A stretch of DNA of 56,564 nucleotides, filler included, from Catajapyx aquilonaris (taxonomy: Eukaryota): assembly GCA_000934665.2 (NCBI GenBank). It is 3 parts of 3 records of this genome, joined end to end, with 100 filler letters (N's around TTAATTAATTAA, not from the genome) between each part and the next. Parts side by side here need not be neighbours in the genome. Positions count along the whole stretch, not along the records: positions 18,898 to 37,691 come from JYFJ02006609.1; positions 37,792 to 56,564 come from JYFJ02006610.1; 1 more part is not named here. One strand, written 5' to 3'. A program made the position numbers and the translations under genes. The notes beneath the pieces were generated by a model that saw only the letters and a program-made list of their open reading frames with translations, did no database searches and was not told the DNA's origin. Below are positions 23,985 through 37,959 of this stretch, one piece after another (position 1 is the stretch's first letter; the number at the start of each line of letters is the position of its first letter).

Positions 23985-24150
23985 CATCAAACACAAGGTC
24001 GCGTGAGAAAACCATGCGGGAATTGTTGAACACATTGTTTTTCTCATCAAATCCCATGATTTCATCAATCTCCAGAGCAACTTCAATCCATCCTAAAGAC
24101 AGCCAACCATTCACTGAGGAGGTCCGCATGTTATCTGATCCAGTATTAAC
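23985..24150 (+). mobile_element. Transib transposase C-terminal remnant
   Basis: TRSREKTMRELLNTLFFSSNPMISSI...FTEEVRML resembles the Transib C-terminal motif (SR.KT..DL.N.L..SSDP.ISS). Confidence 0.6.
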
Positions 24151-25085
24151 AGAAGAGCAATATTCTGGCAACGCAGAATCAGATACGGATGGATATAGTG
24201 ACAGCTAGTGGTGATAGATATGTAATTAAGGCACTTTTCTATTTTATTGTTATGTATCATTCAATGTATTGTAGTGTCATATTGTGAAATGGCTCATTCA
24301 ATATTATTATCATCCTAAAGAAATAAAATAATTTTAAGCCCTGTAATGCCATTTTCGTATGTATAAGTGAGATTGTGAGTGACTACAATGAAATCGGGTT
24401 TTATTGCATTGGAATTATTTCTTTTATTGAGTTTTCCAGTCTTCTATTCATCAACAAGTGTTTCACACCAGCGTAACTCCACATATTCAATTAAAAGCAA
24501 TGAAATCTACAGCGACTTTTTAGTTGCTAGAATTGCCTTTTAACCCACTGTGTGATTGGCCGATATACCCCTATACAGATACTTCCCTTGTGAGGGGGAT
24601 GTTTTTACTCTTATTGAATTAGCTTACAATACGTACGTATATTCCCATTGAAGTGAATGAATTTCATGCTGGGAGGACAACTTGTGCAGAAGTGAGTTGC
24701 ATAAAAAATGTAGATCAGACCTCCCCCAAAAACCTCTCTTGCTCTAGAACGCGATAAATAAATAAATGTGTGATAGGCATTATTTGTTGTTTTTTTCGGA
24801 GCATATCATGAGACATACCGGTAATTATTATATAGCCTACATTATTTTGGTTTCACAACTCCAATAAGCAACAACATAGCTAGCTACTATTTTATTACTA
24901 GACCATCATTTGCAAAATACTTTTCGGATGCTTTTCCAGGTTTATACTGTACTCATGCAATAATCGTGACATCCATAGCGATCAATTAAATGACGATCTC
25001 GAATGCACAAAAAAGGCCCGTTAAAAGTTTCACTGCCTGTAAAACACCATTTAAAAACCCAGCACCTCTTAACCTATCGGGTTAA

Positions 25086-25296
25086 AGCCGGTACCGACGT
25101 AAGAGTTTTCTCTCATAAGAGGAGCCAACTGCGCATGCCCGGATACGAGGAAAGAGGAAAAGTTGAAAATTTTCAACTTTAATCCCCTTTTAGAGGGACA
25201 ACAGGGGCCCTGAGGCGACAAAGAGTCCGTCTCGACGTACAAGATTTCTCGCGTAAGAGGACTCTTATGAGAGAAACTCTATCGTGGATACCGGCT
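25086..25296. mobile_element. Small TIR element (Kolobok-like MITE)
   Basis: TTAA|AGCCGGTACCGACGTAAGAGTTTTCTCTCATAAGAG ... CTCTTATGAGAGAAACTCT...ACCGGCT|TTAC inverted ends. Confidence 0.5.
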
Positions 25297-27157
25297 TTTA
25301 CAATGCATACTATTAAAAACTCTTTAAGCTCATTCAAATGCCAACATGACATTTTGAGAAAACGGCGGTGGCCATCCGGTTCAAGACGCCGAGGCAATTC
25401 ACACCCTCCGGACAACACCCCTGGGGCCCCCAAATTTTATTTAGAAAGAGCTCTGCCCAACCAGTTTGAAAAAGGATTAACTCCCAGACCAACAGAAGCA
25501 CCTGCAATTGACGTCAGCAGTCCCTGCGGAGCCATTACAAGTCTGGCTCTATAAAGTGACGCCCTAATTTTGGCTTCGAACGCGGCATGTACTTAGGTCG
25601 GTCCGTGACCCCTAAACCCCCGAAGAGAAAAAGAGAATCCTGCGACCTCGAATTTGGGACATAAGTTATCCCCTGAAAATGGCTCAGTATCCATCGGTTG
25701 CGCTTGTCCCCAAACCATTCCCACGCAGAACCGCCCGAACCCTCAAATAAATTTGTACGGAGGACCATCATCTAGGGGAGAAAAAAAGACTCGGGTTCGG
25801 AAAAAGCCCAAAGGTTAGTGGTCCACAAGCTAGATCCCAAAGGAATGTCTGCAACAGCCCTTGGCTTAAAATATATACAGGCCCGTCCTGCCCCTCCGGA
25901 GGATTATAGGGTCAAGCAGAGGGGTCAAGAGTTGTTGTAGGCAGGCTATTTTCAATGGACCACCCGCAGCCTTCCTGGAAGGGCCATAAGCTTCGGCCTT
26001 TTGGTATCCTCTACATGTTGATTGTGAGGTTCCGCCATTCGTACACCGAAAGTGGTGCGGTCACGCGCCCTTTGGGAAAGAGGTGCATTTGCCGTCAGCT
26101 AAAAGAACTAGTGACATCTTTATCCGGCTTGTATTGCAGGCTTCTCTTACATTGTCGCACATCCGGTTAGCAACAGTGGAGAAATAATCTCAAAGCCTTG
26201 ATTTTCAGACGCATTTGCTATTTGGGTCGAAAGTGAGTTATTCGTAGTCATTGAGTGTACAATCTTCGGCTGTATAAGCGTCCACTGTTGGAAAAAATAA
26301 ATAAATAAAATACATCATCCCACAAGGGGTAATGCAATATTCAAATTGCTAACCGTCAATAAGCAGATCTAGAAATAATTGAGTTGTTCTGCATGGTCTT
26401 CACCTAATTTTCGGCCTGGTGTATACACACCGGCAGGGTCAGGAGTTTGGATGGGGAGTGTTTATGTTGGTGTCATTATTGGCCATGATCCGTTTTTTAA
26501 ACGCGTTAGTTATAGGGTATCCATGCCTAAAATAAATCTGAGCGGCGGTACTGGGACATGATGATTCCTAAACAAACGGGGCATATTCGCATATACAGTA
26601 CGGTATGTGCTTTAAAACGGGTTTGAAATGCTTCCGGTCCCTTTTATAATCCCCGGGATGGCAGAAACCGTGCATATGTTATACGCGACACGCGAATAGG
26701 TAAACAGGAAGCTTCGTATCATATATCACGATATGCTCGATTAGATACGTTTATTAATATTCATTCCCAACTCAGTATGTAGCCTACGAGTCAGCTAAGA
26801 TTATTATAGACACATTTGGCTGTGCGTGGGTGGGAGGAAACTTCGCACCGTCGATTTTATTATGTCTCGTAAACATTTATTTTCTACCTGATGCAAAGAC
26901 CGTGACGTTATATTCCTAAAAATGAACGCGAAAAGTTTCGGGGAAAAGAGAAGTTAAAAATAAATGCAGAATGTTCAGTGTTTCATGTGTTACGTTATGC
27001 ATGGATGTACCCGTCGCTCAAACCGGAGGGGAAAACGGGCTCGTTTGGAATGTGTGATCGTGAGTATTTAAGAGTAGTTTACTCCATATGTATCACACAA
27101 GTGCCCAGTACACTCTCTAGGCATAAGCTTACTGAATTTTTTGAAATTGAAAAAAAA

Positions 27158-27492
27158 ACACACACACACACACACCCACACACTCTTGTCTTGACTAAGG
27201 CGTGGGGACGGACATTGATCACTTTTCACTGCGAGTGTAAACTGATCTAACCTAACCTACCCTAACCTAACCTACCCTACCTAACTTACCTAACCTACCC
27301 TACCCTAAGTAACCTAGGCTGAGAAAAATGGACTTTTGTGAAACCCTACAAATGAAAATAGTGGGGACATGTCCCCACTAATTTACACATGTCCCCACTG
27401 TAATGGTACACTTCGCGTGTGTGAGACTGTGGGGACCGACAAATGTCCCCACAATTGGAACTGGTCCCCACAGCTACAGTAAAACCACAGAC
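27158..27492. mobile_element. MITE-like element beside a (CA)n tract, with internal (CCTAA)n-like array
   Basis: Repeated GTGGGGAC/GTCCCCAC inverted motifs surround degenerate CCTAA/CCTAC repeats at about 27247-27318. Confidence 0.5.
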
Positions 27493-27729
27493 TTCCGTCC
27501 CCAGACCTTAGTCAAGACCTGATCAAGCTGGTAAATAAGCCTTTCGAGCCATGCGTTGAAGCTGTGCTGACAAGCTTGGCTGTGATAGGTGGAAAGCGAA
27601 GCGGCGCAGCGCAGGTTCCCGCACTCTTAGCAAGTGGCCCATGCAGGGCTGAATTTGGGAAAGCCTCGCCCCACTCTTCTCTCCAACTATATATCGCCGC
27701 CTCCAACGCTCCAAGCATCAGCTTCATTC

Positions 27730-28330
27730 TAGTAAAACTTCCCTAAGTCGAAGTTCTCTATAAGTCGAAGAAAATGACGAGCTTGGTTGGTCACAATGTA
27801 AAAGGATAGGAAATAAACTTCCCTAACTCGAATTTCTACAACTCGAAGTTCTCCATAACTCGAAGTGCAGGCAGGGCCTTACGATGGGATATCAATGCAT
27901 TTTCAGTCTCCCTAAGTCCAAGTTCATGTTGGCGATTACGGATAATATTTTCTCGTTTCCCAGCCGCAGGGTCGAGAGTAGGCCACATGTAATACAGAAA
28001 GGCTTGAGCAATTTCTTGATCTCCGTCTACCAGACGTATACCGAAAGAAGTGTTCCACTCGATTATGAAAACTGAATCCTTGAATTTAAGAGTAGGCAAA
28101 TGTCCATAACCTCATCCATAACAGATGTTTTTATTTTTACGAGAAAACAATGAGGAACATTGTAAGTGTGATATAGGGACAGTTATTTTCAAGTTTTGAA
28201 CACCTTTCGTCGCTGGATATAAAAATAGGCTTCCTTATAGAGTTATACTTTAAAAAATCCAAACTTCTCTAACTCGAATCTTCAGTATAACTGGAAGTTT
28301 TTTCCCCGGTCCCATGGAGATTCGACTTTT
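27730..28330. mobile_element. pogo/Tigger-like non-autonomous element
   Basis: TAGTAAAACTTCCCTAAGTCGAA start, reiterated TAACTCGAA subterminal motifs, end CCGGTCCCATGGAGATTCGAC; degenerate internal coding-like sequence. Confidence 0.55.
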
Positions 28331-29167
28331 ATGTAACTTAAGGCATTCCACGTCAACTGGACCCCCCTCCCCGACAAATCTTTTCCGATTTCGACCAAAA
28401 CCGAGTATGTTGTATAGTATCCATGTATCTATGCAAGAGCCTCATTTTGTTTGTCCTAGCGACACGTGCTGGTCGCATAACTATACAGGGTGCGAAAGAT
28501 GCGAATTTTGCATCTGTCTGTCATCAGTTGGAAGGTCATAACTTCGGAAAATTTTAAGATAATTATCCAAAATGTGATTACTGGAATGGGAAGGTATGTT
28601 AACACCCTTTCCCTTTCTGACGGTATAGAAATTATGTTTGTGAAAACGCAAAATTTCGAATCAAAGATAGCGGCCAAAATTTTGAGTTGAATTTTTTCAA
28701 AAATCGACCGTTTGTAAAAATTTTGAATTTGGCTTAAAATGAAGCCTGGAATGTTTTCTTGAGATTTCCGCAAAATCTAGAGAGGAGAGTTTCGATATTA
28801 GCCAGATATAAAAACATTTTGTGCGCAAAACGGGACCCGTCAATGATATGTGGGTGGTCACCTCAATTGGCATCAAAACTGATTTCACCAATATTATTGC
28901 TTTTAAAATTTATACCAGATGTTATTACTTTTATGAGACGACGTGATTAAAGAACTCCACCTAGGTAATAGTAAATACTTATGTCAATGGCCAATTAAAA
29001 AGATAAACTGCATTAAGTTGGAAGAGATCCGAATTTAAATTTTATTGTCGTGTATGGCTGTCCAAATGAATTGTCACGTGGTTCAATGATGAATTACATA
29101 TTGGTCGATCCTGGAAAATTCTTGAAACTGCCATTTCAACGGTTGAATTGTTATTAAGAAACAAGGA

Positions 29168-29534
29168 GATAGCTGTTCTCATCAAAAGCGTTTGGCTCAA
29201 TATTACCAGTTTAAGGACACATGCAAGATGCAATTTCAATGGTATTTGGCATGATTAATTTGTGTTGGGTGGTTTATCAGGGTCATTGTATAATAAGGAA
29301 GAAGAAACTTGATCGTGCAAAAGTGGAGGGAGAAACGAACCAGGCTTCCAACTCGTAGCACACAGCACCTTCCACTATATACGGTTGACAGTCCATTCCG
29401 CTGAATTTGCTTCCATTAATGCATCCTGATAAACCACCCAACACAAATTAATCATGCCACATACCATTGTTGCATGTGTCCTTAAACTGGTAATAATGAG
29501 CCAAACGCCAAGCGATTTTGATGAGAACCGCTAT
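29168..29534. repeat. Foldback inverted repeat
   Basis: TTTGGCTCAATATTACCAGTTTAAGGACACATGC...GGCATGATTAATTTGTGTTGGGTGGTTTATCAGG is mirrored at about 29425-29534. Confidence 0.75.
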
Positions 29535-31084
29535 ATATGCTATTCTTTACCAAGCTCTTGATTGCCATTTATTTTTATAATGCATTACAAAGGGCATGTT
29601 CTATTCTAGCGCAATTGAGTAGAAAATTCCAAGCACTGTAATTCGCATCACTGTTATCATATGCTTAATTTAATACAGTGTACTTAGCTGAGTTTAGCTG
29701 TAATGTGCACTTTAGCAGCTTTTCTGAGGTTAGTACTTGCTGTACATCATGCTGTACAATGTATACATAGACGTGTACGGAAATCCGACACGTGTGCATC
29801 ACGGGCCAAGATCTGCCGGGGGGGAGGGGGGGGGGGGGAAGAAGGAGGAGGAGAAGAAAGAAAAGACAAAAAAAGAAGGGGCAAGTGTTCAGCTACCCTC
29901 TTCCCGCGGGTGCAGTTCCATCAGAGCCGCATTTATTATTTTGAGTCATGACCTTTGACGTGGCCATCGAGACACTACATGTCGCGGCTAGCCCTTCCAA
30001 GTTGAACAACTTAGGCGTCTCATCCCCAGCCACGTGCAAGATTATTTTAAAAAAAACTCCGAAGTCTGAGGTTTTTTTAATAATCTTGCACGTGGCTCTG
30101 CTTTCAAGGCCTCCGTTTGGTGATTTTCACACTTCTTGTCCCAACATTAATTGGGAAAATGTGGACTATTTTACACCTGCACAGCGAGCGCGGTTCAATT
30201 ACACGAGCCGTGACATCACTGCATGGTCCACACTTCCAGATGGTATCGAGATGGTACCGATGGGTTTTCTCCTATAGTAGTATATAGGGGCTCATCAGGG
30301 TCAAAATTTGACAGCATGAGGACAGGTTGGACAAAAGCACCATATTTTTTCCATGGAATCTGTATTGCTTACGCTTTGATTTTTGGTAGGATCCACGTGA
30401 TCAAGACAATGGATCGTGAGTTATGAGTCATAAACAATGTGAACGTGTCAGCCGGTGGATACTTCTTCAATTGTTGATACTGCCGCATTACAAATAACAA
30501 TACATAGTTCCCGCAGACTATACTCATGTTATTTAAGTGTTATTTATGTGTCATTTAAATAACCTGCACAATAGGGGGTCGATTAGGTATATGATCAGTG
30601 TGTATGAATGTAAATGTAACTACAGTATAAGTATGACTGTATGGGGCATTCTGCGACAATGGGGCTACCCTTTGCCATGACCTTTTCAGATTTTGGTCAT
30701 ATTCAAGTATATTGTAGTACTTGTCAACAGATAGGTTCGCGTAACCGAGTTTGTTTCTCGGTACAACGAGTGGTTGTGAAACTACAGGGTGCCCAATGTG
30801 CCAATTTTTCTCCATAAGCATCCGCAAGCTGTTATACTTGGAGGGCAACTCCCAGAAGAACAGTTAATTCCTAAACTATGTATGCATTTGAAAGGTAATT
30901 TCACTCTTTATCAGATGGTCATACTCTTTAAGGAGACAAAAAAAATCTTAAATAAAAATGGCGGTCAAAAAATTTATTATTTTGATGTTGATCTGCGATT
31001 TATTTTGAATGGCACTTAAAATGATAAGGGAAATGTTTACTTGGGAGTCCGAAAAATCTGGAGAACCCCTACCTGTTCCCCTAT

Positions 31085-32037
31085 TCAAGAACTCTATACC
31101 GAGGTATAAACAATAAATACCGATGTCACTGGCCGAGTAAAATGATAAATTGCATGAAGTTAAAAAAGATTCCCATTTTAACGGGCTTCTCAGTGAAGAA
31201 GGTGAAAGTTTCAGAATCTTTCTTGTCGTGTATGGATGGCCAAAAAAATTATCCAGTGGCTGAATGATTGATTGGATATTTGTCGATCCAGAAATAATAT
31301 TACAGCTGCCACTTCAGCATTTACGTAACTGTTATTAAGCAACAATGTGATAAAATGTTCTCCTCAAAACCGCTGACAATACGAACTTGACGTGTGGACA
31401 GTTGCCAATGCGACAATGGTATTTTGGAATGATGTTGTATATGTCGTATTTCGTGTCGGTTGGGCAGTTTATCAAGGTTCCTTGTTGAACACAAGAATGG
31501 ACTAACCGTGTACATAGGTGGATGGAGCAACGATGAAGATTCGGCTTCCATAAGCCTCCAGCTATGAGCATGCCTTTCTCAACAGTTGCGTCTCAGGCTA
31601 CATGTACACTCAGGTCCGTTCTTGTGCCCAACAATGAACCCCGATAAACCGCACTATACGCGAAATGCATCATTCCAAAAACAACTTCGTTGTATATGTC
31701 CCTCAGTGGAGCAGTATATCAACCCAATAAGCACGTGTCATACGATGATGCTCAGAGGTTTTGAAGAGAGCATCTATCATATGTATTATTGCTTAATAAC
31801 AATTAAGTGCTGAAATAGCAGCTCTAATATTATTTCTTGATCGACAAATACCGGTACCCATTGAATCGCTGAGATACTTGTTACAATTTTATTGGGCATC
31901 CATAAATGACAAAGACAATTTCTGAAACACTTGCTGTTTCACAGAAGCTCTTAAAAATTGTGGTCTCTTTTAACTTAATGTGATGTTAACTCAATGTCAT
32001 CATCGGTATTTATTGTTAACTCGGTCGAGTTCTTGAA
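31085..32037. mobile_element. Old ~950-bp foldback element
   Basis: Diverged inverted arms (TTCAAGAACTC...AACAATAAATACCGATG / CATCGGTATTTATTGTT...GAGTTCTTGAA); the left arm is also similar to 28990-29160. Confidence 0.6.
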
Positions 32038-35000
32038 TCAGGCTTTCTCGCCAATATCATATATGTACGTGGTAGGCCTTTATTTATTTTTAGAGCAATA
32101 ATATTATTTTGTGAAATTTTGTTGCCAATTTACGCGGGATTTATACGTCTGGCTCACAAAATGCTTTTGATATTTGGCAAATCTCGAATCTCTGATCTCC
32201 AGATTTGGCAGCAATCTCAAGCAAACATTCCCCGTATTATTTGAAGCGCCATTCAGGCAAAATCAGTATCAGGGGTCGATTAATGAGTAATATTAAAATA
32301 TAAACATTTTGGGAACAATTTTGAATTTAAATTTTGGATTTTCTTGTGCATAGAAGGCGAAAATACCTTTTAAATGCATAGATTAAATTTAATATTAAAC
32401 CTTATCTTGTGACCCTCCCAAGTAACAGCACATATGGGCCAAAAATGCTAGAAAATGGGCACATGTGACATCCTGTAGTTTCGAAACCACGCATCGTATA
32501 CACATAAACAAACTCGGTTGCATAAACCCATATATGGGCATACCCGCATCTGGTCAAAATAGAAGAAGGTTGTGTGGCCAAGGGCGGCCAATGAACTGCC
32601 AATATAACGCCTTGATTTTGATTTCAAACATTTGAACATTCAGTCATCGCAATCGCTCAATCCTGCACAACACATTATTCGTACATCAAAAGTATCGGTG
32701 TGCCCTGTAGATTGTAGTACGTACGAGATATAAGGTTATTTGTGTCCACGTGTGTGAAGCCTTGTATGCTGCTGGGCTTTTGCCCATTTAATTAGGCGTG
32801 ACCTATTGATCCTAATTTTTTAAAATTATTCGTGCTCTATTCCTTATGGAGAATTGAGATCAAAAAATAGAGGGTGAAGTCCTTTGCATGATTTGTCCTA
32901 GTAGGTGTGGCTATTCCCTAGGGACCTCCATTCCCTTTTTTTCCCACGCCTAATCCCTCAAAGAAGAGCCGCCAAGTGGATGGAGCAACGACCAATGGGA
33001 GGCAGGGGTCCCCCAAGAAGTGAAGCCTCGGATGTTGGGAGGGAAAACTTTGGGGCGCAATCAAACCCACTCCAAAACCCACTCAGTCAATAATTGAAGG
33101 GGTCGGTGCAATACTGCCCTAACCCACCAAATGACACAAATTGAGTTTCGCGCACTTCCATATACTACACTCAAATATCTAATAAAGTACACATTGTCCA
33201 CTTTCGGCCATTTGCCGGTGAGGAATCAAACGAGGTTTTTCTTGCTGCAAAGTTATGAATGCCTAAGCTTCTGCAGCAAAACCGCACTAACTATCCAGCT
33301 TCAAATATGGCCGCGCGTAGGATGCAGCTTACAACTTCCGCTAGACAGGTACCCGTACATATTCGGCTCAAAGCAGCCGACAACAGGAAAAAATTATTTT
33401 GTTAAAAAAATTAATTTTTCTTGTTGTGATTGGGGGCCCCCTTCGGCCTAGGGCCCTGGTGCAAGTGCACCATTGCACCATGGTAAATCCGGCCTTTGGT
33501 TATGTCACTGGTAAGTCGACTTACCAGTGACATAACCAACATGGAAATAGCGATGAATATCCATGGACAAAAATAGTGTTGCATAATGTAATATGTGTTG
33601 TTCTCGCAAAAACTGCGAAACTTGAATGCTCATGCGACAAATGAAGATGAAGTACAAAATTAATATTCTTAAAGCATTCACCAGTGTTGTACTTGTCCAT
33701 ACACAACTTTTTTTTCGCTCCACCCTATAATGCACAGAGAGATCATAAACTTGCAATATTTTGGCCCGATAATGGGTCAGTAATGTCTACTGCAGCAGCC
33801 GTCATTCTTTTGCCTGAAATAGTTGTGAATTTACCACTATTACGACATTACCCCACAGCACGTGCCAATAAGCCCTGAATTTAGTAAAACTAGAAGAATG
33901 ATTAGGAAAAAAAAAACCAAGCAGTTTTATAAACATATCATCATCCATTGTTTAGTTTCATCAAATCGAAGGAGATGGGGGGTGTTGACTGAAACGGCTT
34001 GTCTCTTTCCCCCTCTCTTTTTTGCACCTCGGTGTGAAAGTAGGGGTCTGAGCGAGCCTAATTTTAGTTGGCAAGATTCCCATATATAGCACTTGGTGGA
34101 CACCTGCGTCCTGCGATGGATGAGTCAGGAGGAGTCTGTCGAAACTGCCTGCCTGACCCCAGTGATTGGCAACAACGCCACGATGCCAAAATTATCCCAG
34201 GCAGGTGCACAACACTATTCAAAAAATAATAATAAAAAAAGAAAAAAAGAAAAGAAAAGGAAAAGAAAATTTAAAAAAGTTGACTCTGGATGTAACTGAC
34301 CCCAGGGGACCCCGAAAAAGTCTGTTATAACCGAGGTCTGTCAAATCGCCACTTTTGCAACGAATACGCAGTTTTCTGCTTTCTATGTGCTTATAATACC
34401 CTCCACTGCATACTATATGTTTAAAAAAATTCAATATCAGCTCACCCGTACATTATTCAGGACGAAAAAAAAATAATCGTAGATTTCTTCTTCCATTCCT
34501 TTGTTACCAAATATAACAGAAAAAATATGATTTTGAGTAGCACAAATAAATGACAGATGCCCCGAAAATCGCTCCGCGCCTATTATCGTATTCTCGCCTT
34601 CCTGCAGGCGCGAAAGGAAGTTGAATATTAATAGAAGCAGCATATTTTCATATTGGTGATTTCAAATCTACCGTCAAAATGGTAAAATTCAATATTATTT
34701 AATGTGCTGGGAGTATGCGCTCGTACTGTACTTGCATAATTACGTGCATCTATGTGTATATACGGTTGTCCCTTACCTATTATTTAAAAAAAATATCAAT
34801 AGCAATGTTGCTACAATATGACCTTAGCATTTGGCGAATAATAAAAACGTTTTCAAACGCATGACGAGTGTCATGTGTATGTCCGTGAAGCGCAGTGTGA
34901 AGCAATTCTGGTAAGTTTTTTTTTAAGATTGTAGATGAACAGTCCAACTTTGTCAATTATAAAAACCTTACATCTTCGAATCTTTGAGAACCAGTGGGAA

Positions 35001-36329
35001 ATAGTCCATAGTTTCACTGTACTAAATTTCAACTCCACCACTTGCACTACATGACTATAGCTGTATGTCGGACGAATGTCGGACCCAAACCGGAACCATT
35101 GCGCCAGTCAAACTTTGTCAATTAATATCTCGAATACAAAAATCATCACTTCTTTTAAATGACGAAGAATATGGGTGAATATGGGCAAGTGACCTTCCAG
35201 GGAATGGAAAGATAATAATAGCATAAAACCAGTTCACAAAAGTTAATCCTCCCCCCCCCCTCCCCCAGCTTACTGCGCGGTTGTCAATTTTGGTGACTGT
35301 TGAAAGCGTGTCTCAATCACCGAGTTCTCATGATTGTCACCCAGGCCATTGGCTCTGATGCCAGCAATATATTCTCTAAAAGCTGTCTAAAAGCCACCTG
35401 GAAACTTCGCTGGGAAGTGGGAACCTAGACCATTCCTGGACACTGACTTGTGAGCCATTTTCTGTGTTTAGTAATTGAATAAGCCTGAAGTTATTGTTTC
35501 CATTAGCAAGAAAATGTTCCTATTGAATAGTATGTTACATGCATCTTCTCATCAAAATTAATATCAACTGAAGTTTTCGTGGTGCCTCTTCGCCTCTGTT
35601 CTGCTAGCTTTGTATTGTTGACATCACCGTAACCGTCAAAAACCACTGCAGTTTTCGCCATAATGTTTACGCAGATAAGCTACTGATCACAAATAGAAGA
35701 AAACGTGCAGCCAACATTCCATTTCACACTGTGAAGGAGGAAGCCACCATCTACAACGTTGATAATCGTTTTAACCCTTTCATTCCCAAATTTTTTGGGC
35801 CGTTTCTTCTCTTTTTGAAAAAAATTTGTAGTAGGAGTGATATAATGAAAAACAATATTCTTCAATATTTATCATTTTTACTCGTGGTGGTCCTTTGGAA
35901 TGTAAAAATGCCAAAAACATTCCCCTACTGGGTGTTCCAGAAAAAATTTTTAAATGCAATTAACTTTAAATGCAATTAACTTAATTTAAATTTTTAAAAT
36001 CACTATAAAATTGTTACGATGGTTGCAAAATAATACTAAAACACTGCACTATGAGAAATTCCTAAGAGTCCAGACTTATGGGACACCCTGTAATTACGCG
36101 GCCGGGTGGGGGGTTGTTTACCTTTCAAGGGCGCGAGCAAAATATAACAATCCGACTTTGTGGGTGCTGAGTCACCATCCACTAGATGGCACAAGAAGTT
36201 TGACCCACAAAGTTTGCCTTCTGCATGCGAACGCTTTGCCTCCAGATTAATTGTTGCCATATGGCTACAGTGGGAATGAAAGGGTTAAGGTCCATATAGT
36301 TGTAGGACTTCTATACTCTCTGCAGGAAA

Positions 36330-36580
36330 TGCATCAAAGAGTGATGACTTCGTTGACTTCCCCATTCCACCCTCATTGAAGAGGGCCTATGGGAATGGGG
36401 ATAACTCATACCTTTAAAAATCTGCAACATCTTCATCACTCTTTTTTGCAATAGCGGTTCTTTGGAAAATCATTAGAGGGTCAACAACCACTGTCCCATT
36501 GGTCAATTTGATGGCATTACTCAGATAGGCCAATGCCAAGACTACATTCTTTTTAGATAGTTTGATGTCACTAAAATTAA
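36330..36580 (-). mobile_element. DNA-transposon protein remnant (Academ-like)
   Basis: VDPLMIFQRTAIAKKSDEDVADF*RYELSPFP*ALFNEGGM resembles the DP..LFQR...YEL.P.P.SLF...GMRK motif I associate with Academ-type proteins; a possible further piece (FLANGNN..RLIQLL) lies at about 35470-35520. Confidence 0.5.
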
Positions 36581-36582
36581 TA

Positions 36583-37314
36583 CAGGGTGTCCCTAAATGA
36601 TTGTCAACTTTTGAAAGCTGCTTAATTTCTATTAGATGCGGTGTGCAATGACAAGACATACATAGAACGAAAGACCACATTTGGGAGTTTTTATTGCACA
36701 CAGAAAAGTTGGTTCCGCACTTTGACGCGAGGCACACAGGGCCACTCCACAAAATGGTGTGTCTCGAACAGAAAACGTTCCGTGTCCTGCAGTTTACAAA
36801 GCTTGGTTCGGTAGTTACTGTTCAGCAGTCCTTCAGGCAACAGTACGGCCGACGTTACGCCCCTCCCTACAATAATTCAACGGTGGTTCCAGAAGTTTCA
36901 GACGACGGGATGCCTTTGCAAGGGCAAGGATCGGCGGATCGGACATGCCGGTCAGCAAGATCGGTTTTTCTCCAGTGGCCGCCAAAGTCTCCCGACCTCA
37001 CCCCATGTGACTTTTTCCTCTGGGGGTATATGTAAAGGACCAGGTCTTCGTACCACGGCTACCTACCAGCCTGTGTGGGTTGAAACGCAGGATTGTTGCT
37101 GCTTTGGAATCAATCACACCAGACATGCTGGCCTGTGTAGAGAATTGGACTATCATGTCGTGTGACGAAAGGTGCTCATATTGAGCACTTGTAGTGTGTG
37201 CAATAAAAACTCCCAAACGTGCTCTTTCGTTCTATGTCTGTCTTGTCATTGCACACCGCAACTAATAGAAATTAAACAACTTTCAAATGTTGACAATCAT
37301 TTAGGGACACCCTG
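36583..37314 (+). mobile_element. Internally deleted mariner-like (maT/DD37D) element
   Basis: TA|CAGGGTGTCCCTAAATGATTGTCAAC ... GTTGACAATCATTTAGGGACACCCTG|TA, TIRs of about 120 bp, TA TSD; transposase remnants SVVTVQQSFRQQY and WPPKSPDLTPCDFFLWGY. Confidence 0.9.
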
Positions 37315-37691
37315 TACTTCCAACCATACTTTTATGTAAGTATAATGTGTTATGGTTATAAATAATATTCTAGTTAATAAAAACTTCCTTTTTAAAAAGT
37401 AAAACCTACTCTTGGTAAAACTAATATTTTCAACCACTTTTTCGAAATATGCACTTTTTCGTCCCCCTCAATTTTCTAAACTATTAATCCTACAGAAAAC
37501 ACGTAGAGGACAGTTTTGTAGGACATTAAATGTAGTTTAATTTGGTACATAATGTGTTTCTTGCTAGAACCCTTACGTTTTGAGATATTCAAGAAAAACC
37601 TATAAGAACAACATTTAAACCCCCCCCCCTCCCCACTCTACTCCCCTCTATCCCCCACCCACCCCACTTTTAGTATGTCGTTTAGGGCACT

Positions 37692-37791
37692 NNNNNNNNN
37701 NNNNNNNNNNNNNNNNNNNNNNNNNNNNNNNNNNNTTAATTAATTAANNNNNNNNNNNNNNNNNNNNNNNNNNNNNNNNNNNNNNNNNNNN
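37692..37791. other. Artificial assembly linker (44N-TTAATTAATTAA-44N)
   Basis: Same 100-nt six-frame-stop spacer as 18798-18897. Confidence 0.95.
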
Positions 37792-37959
37792 ATGTAAATT
37801 CTTGTTCTTGATTAGCTTTTGAATAATTGTGGATGATGAGATACATTGGCGCGGGGCCTTTATGGTCGGGTCGCCGTAACTCTGACACACAGTATATGTA
37901 TATGATTTATTTTGAAAATAACCTACTGGGACAACTTTGATGAGATAGCCTACTCCCAG

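Noticed and set aside
23739..24086. 115-aa minus-strand Cys-containing ORF
   Set aside because: Partly antisense to the Transib remnant; no convincing family motif.
27247..27318. Interstitial (TTAGG)n telomere array
   Set aside because: Short, degenerate and embedded in a MITE-like element; no sign of a chromosome end or fusion.
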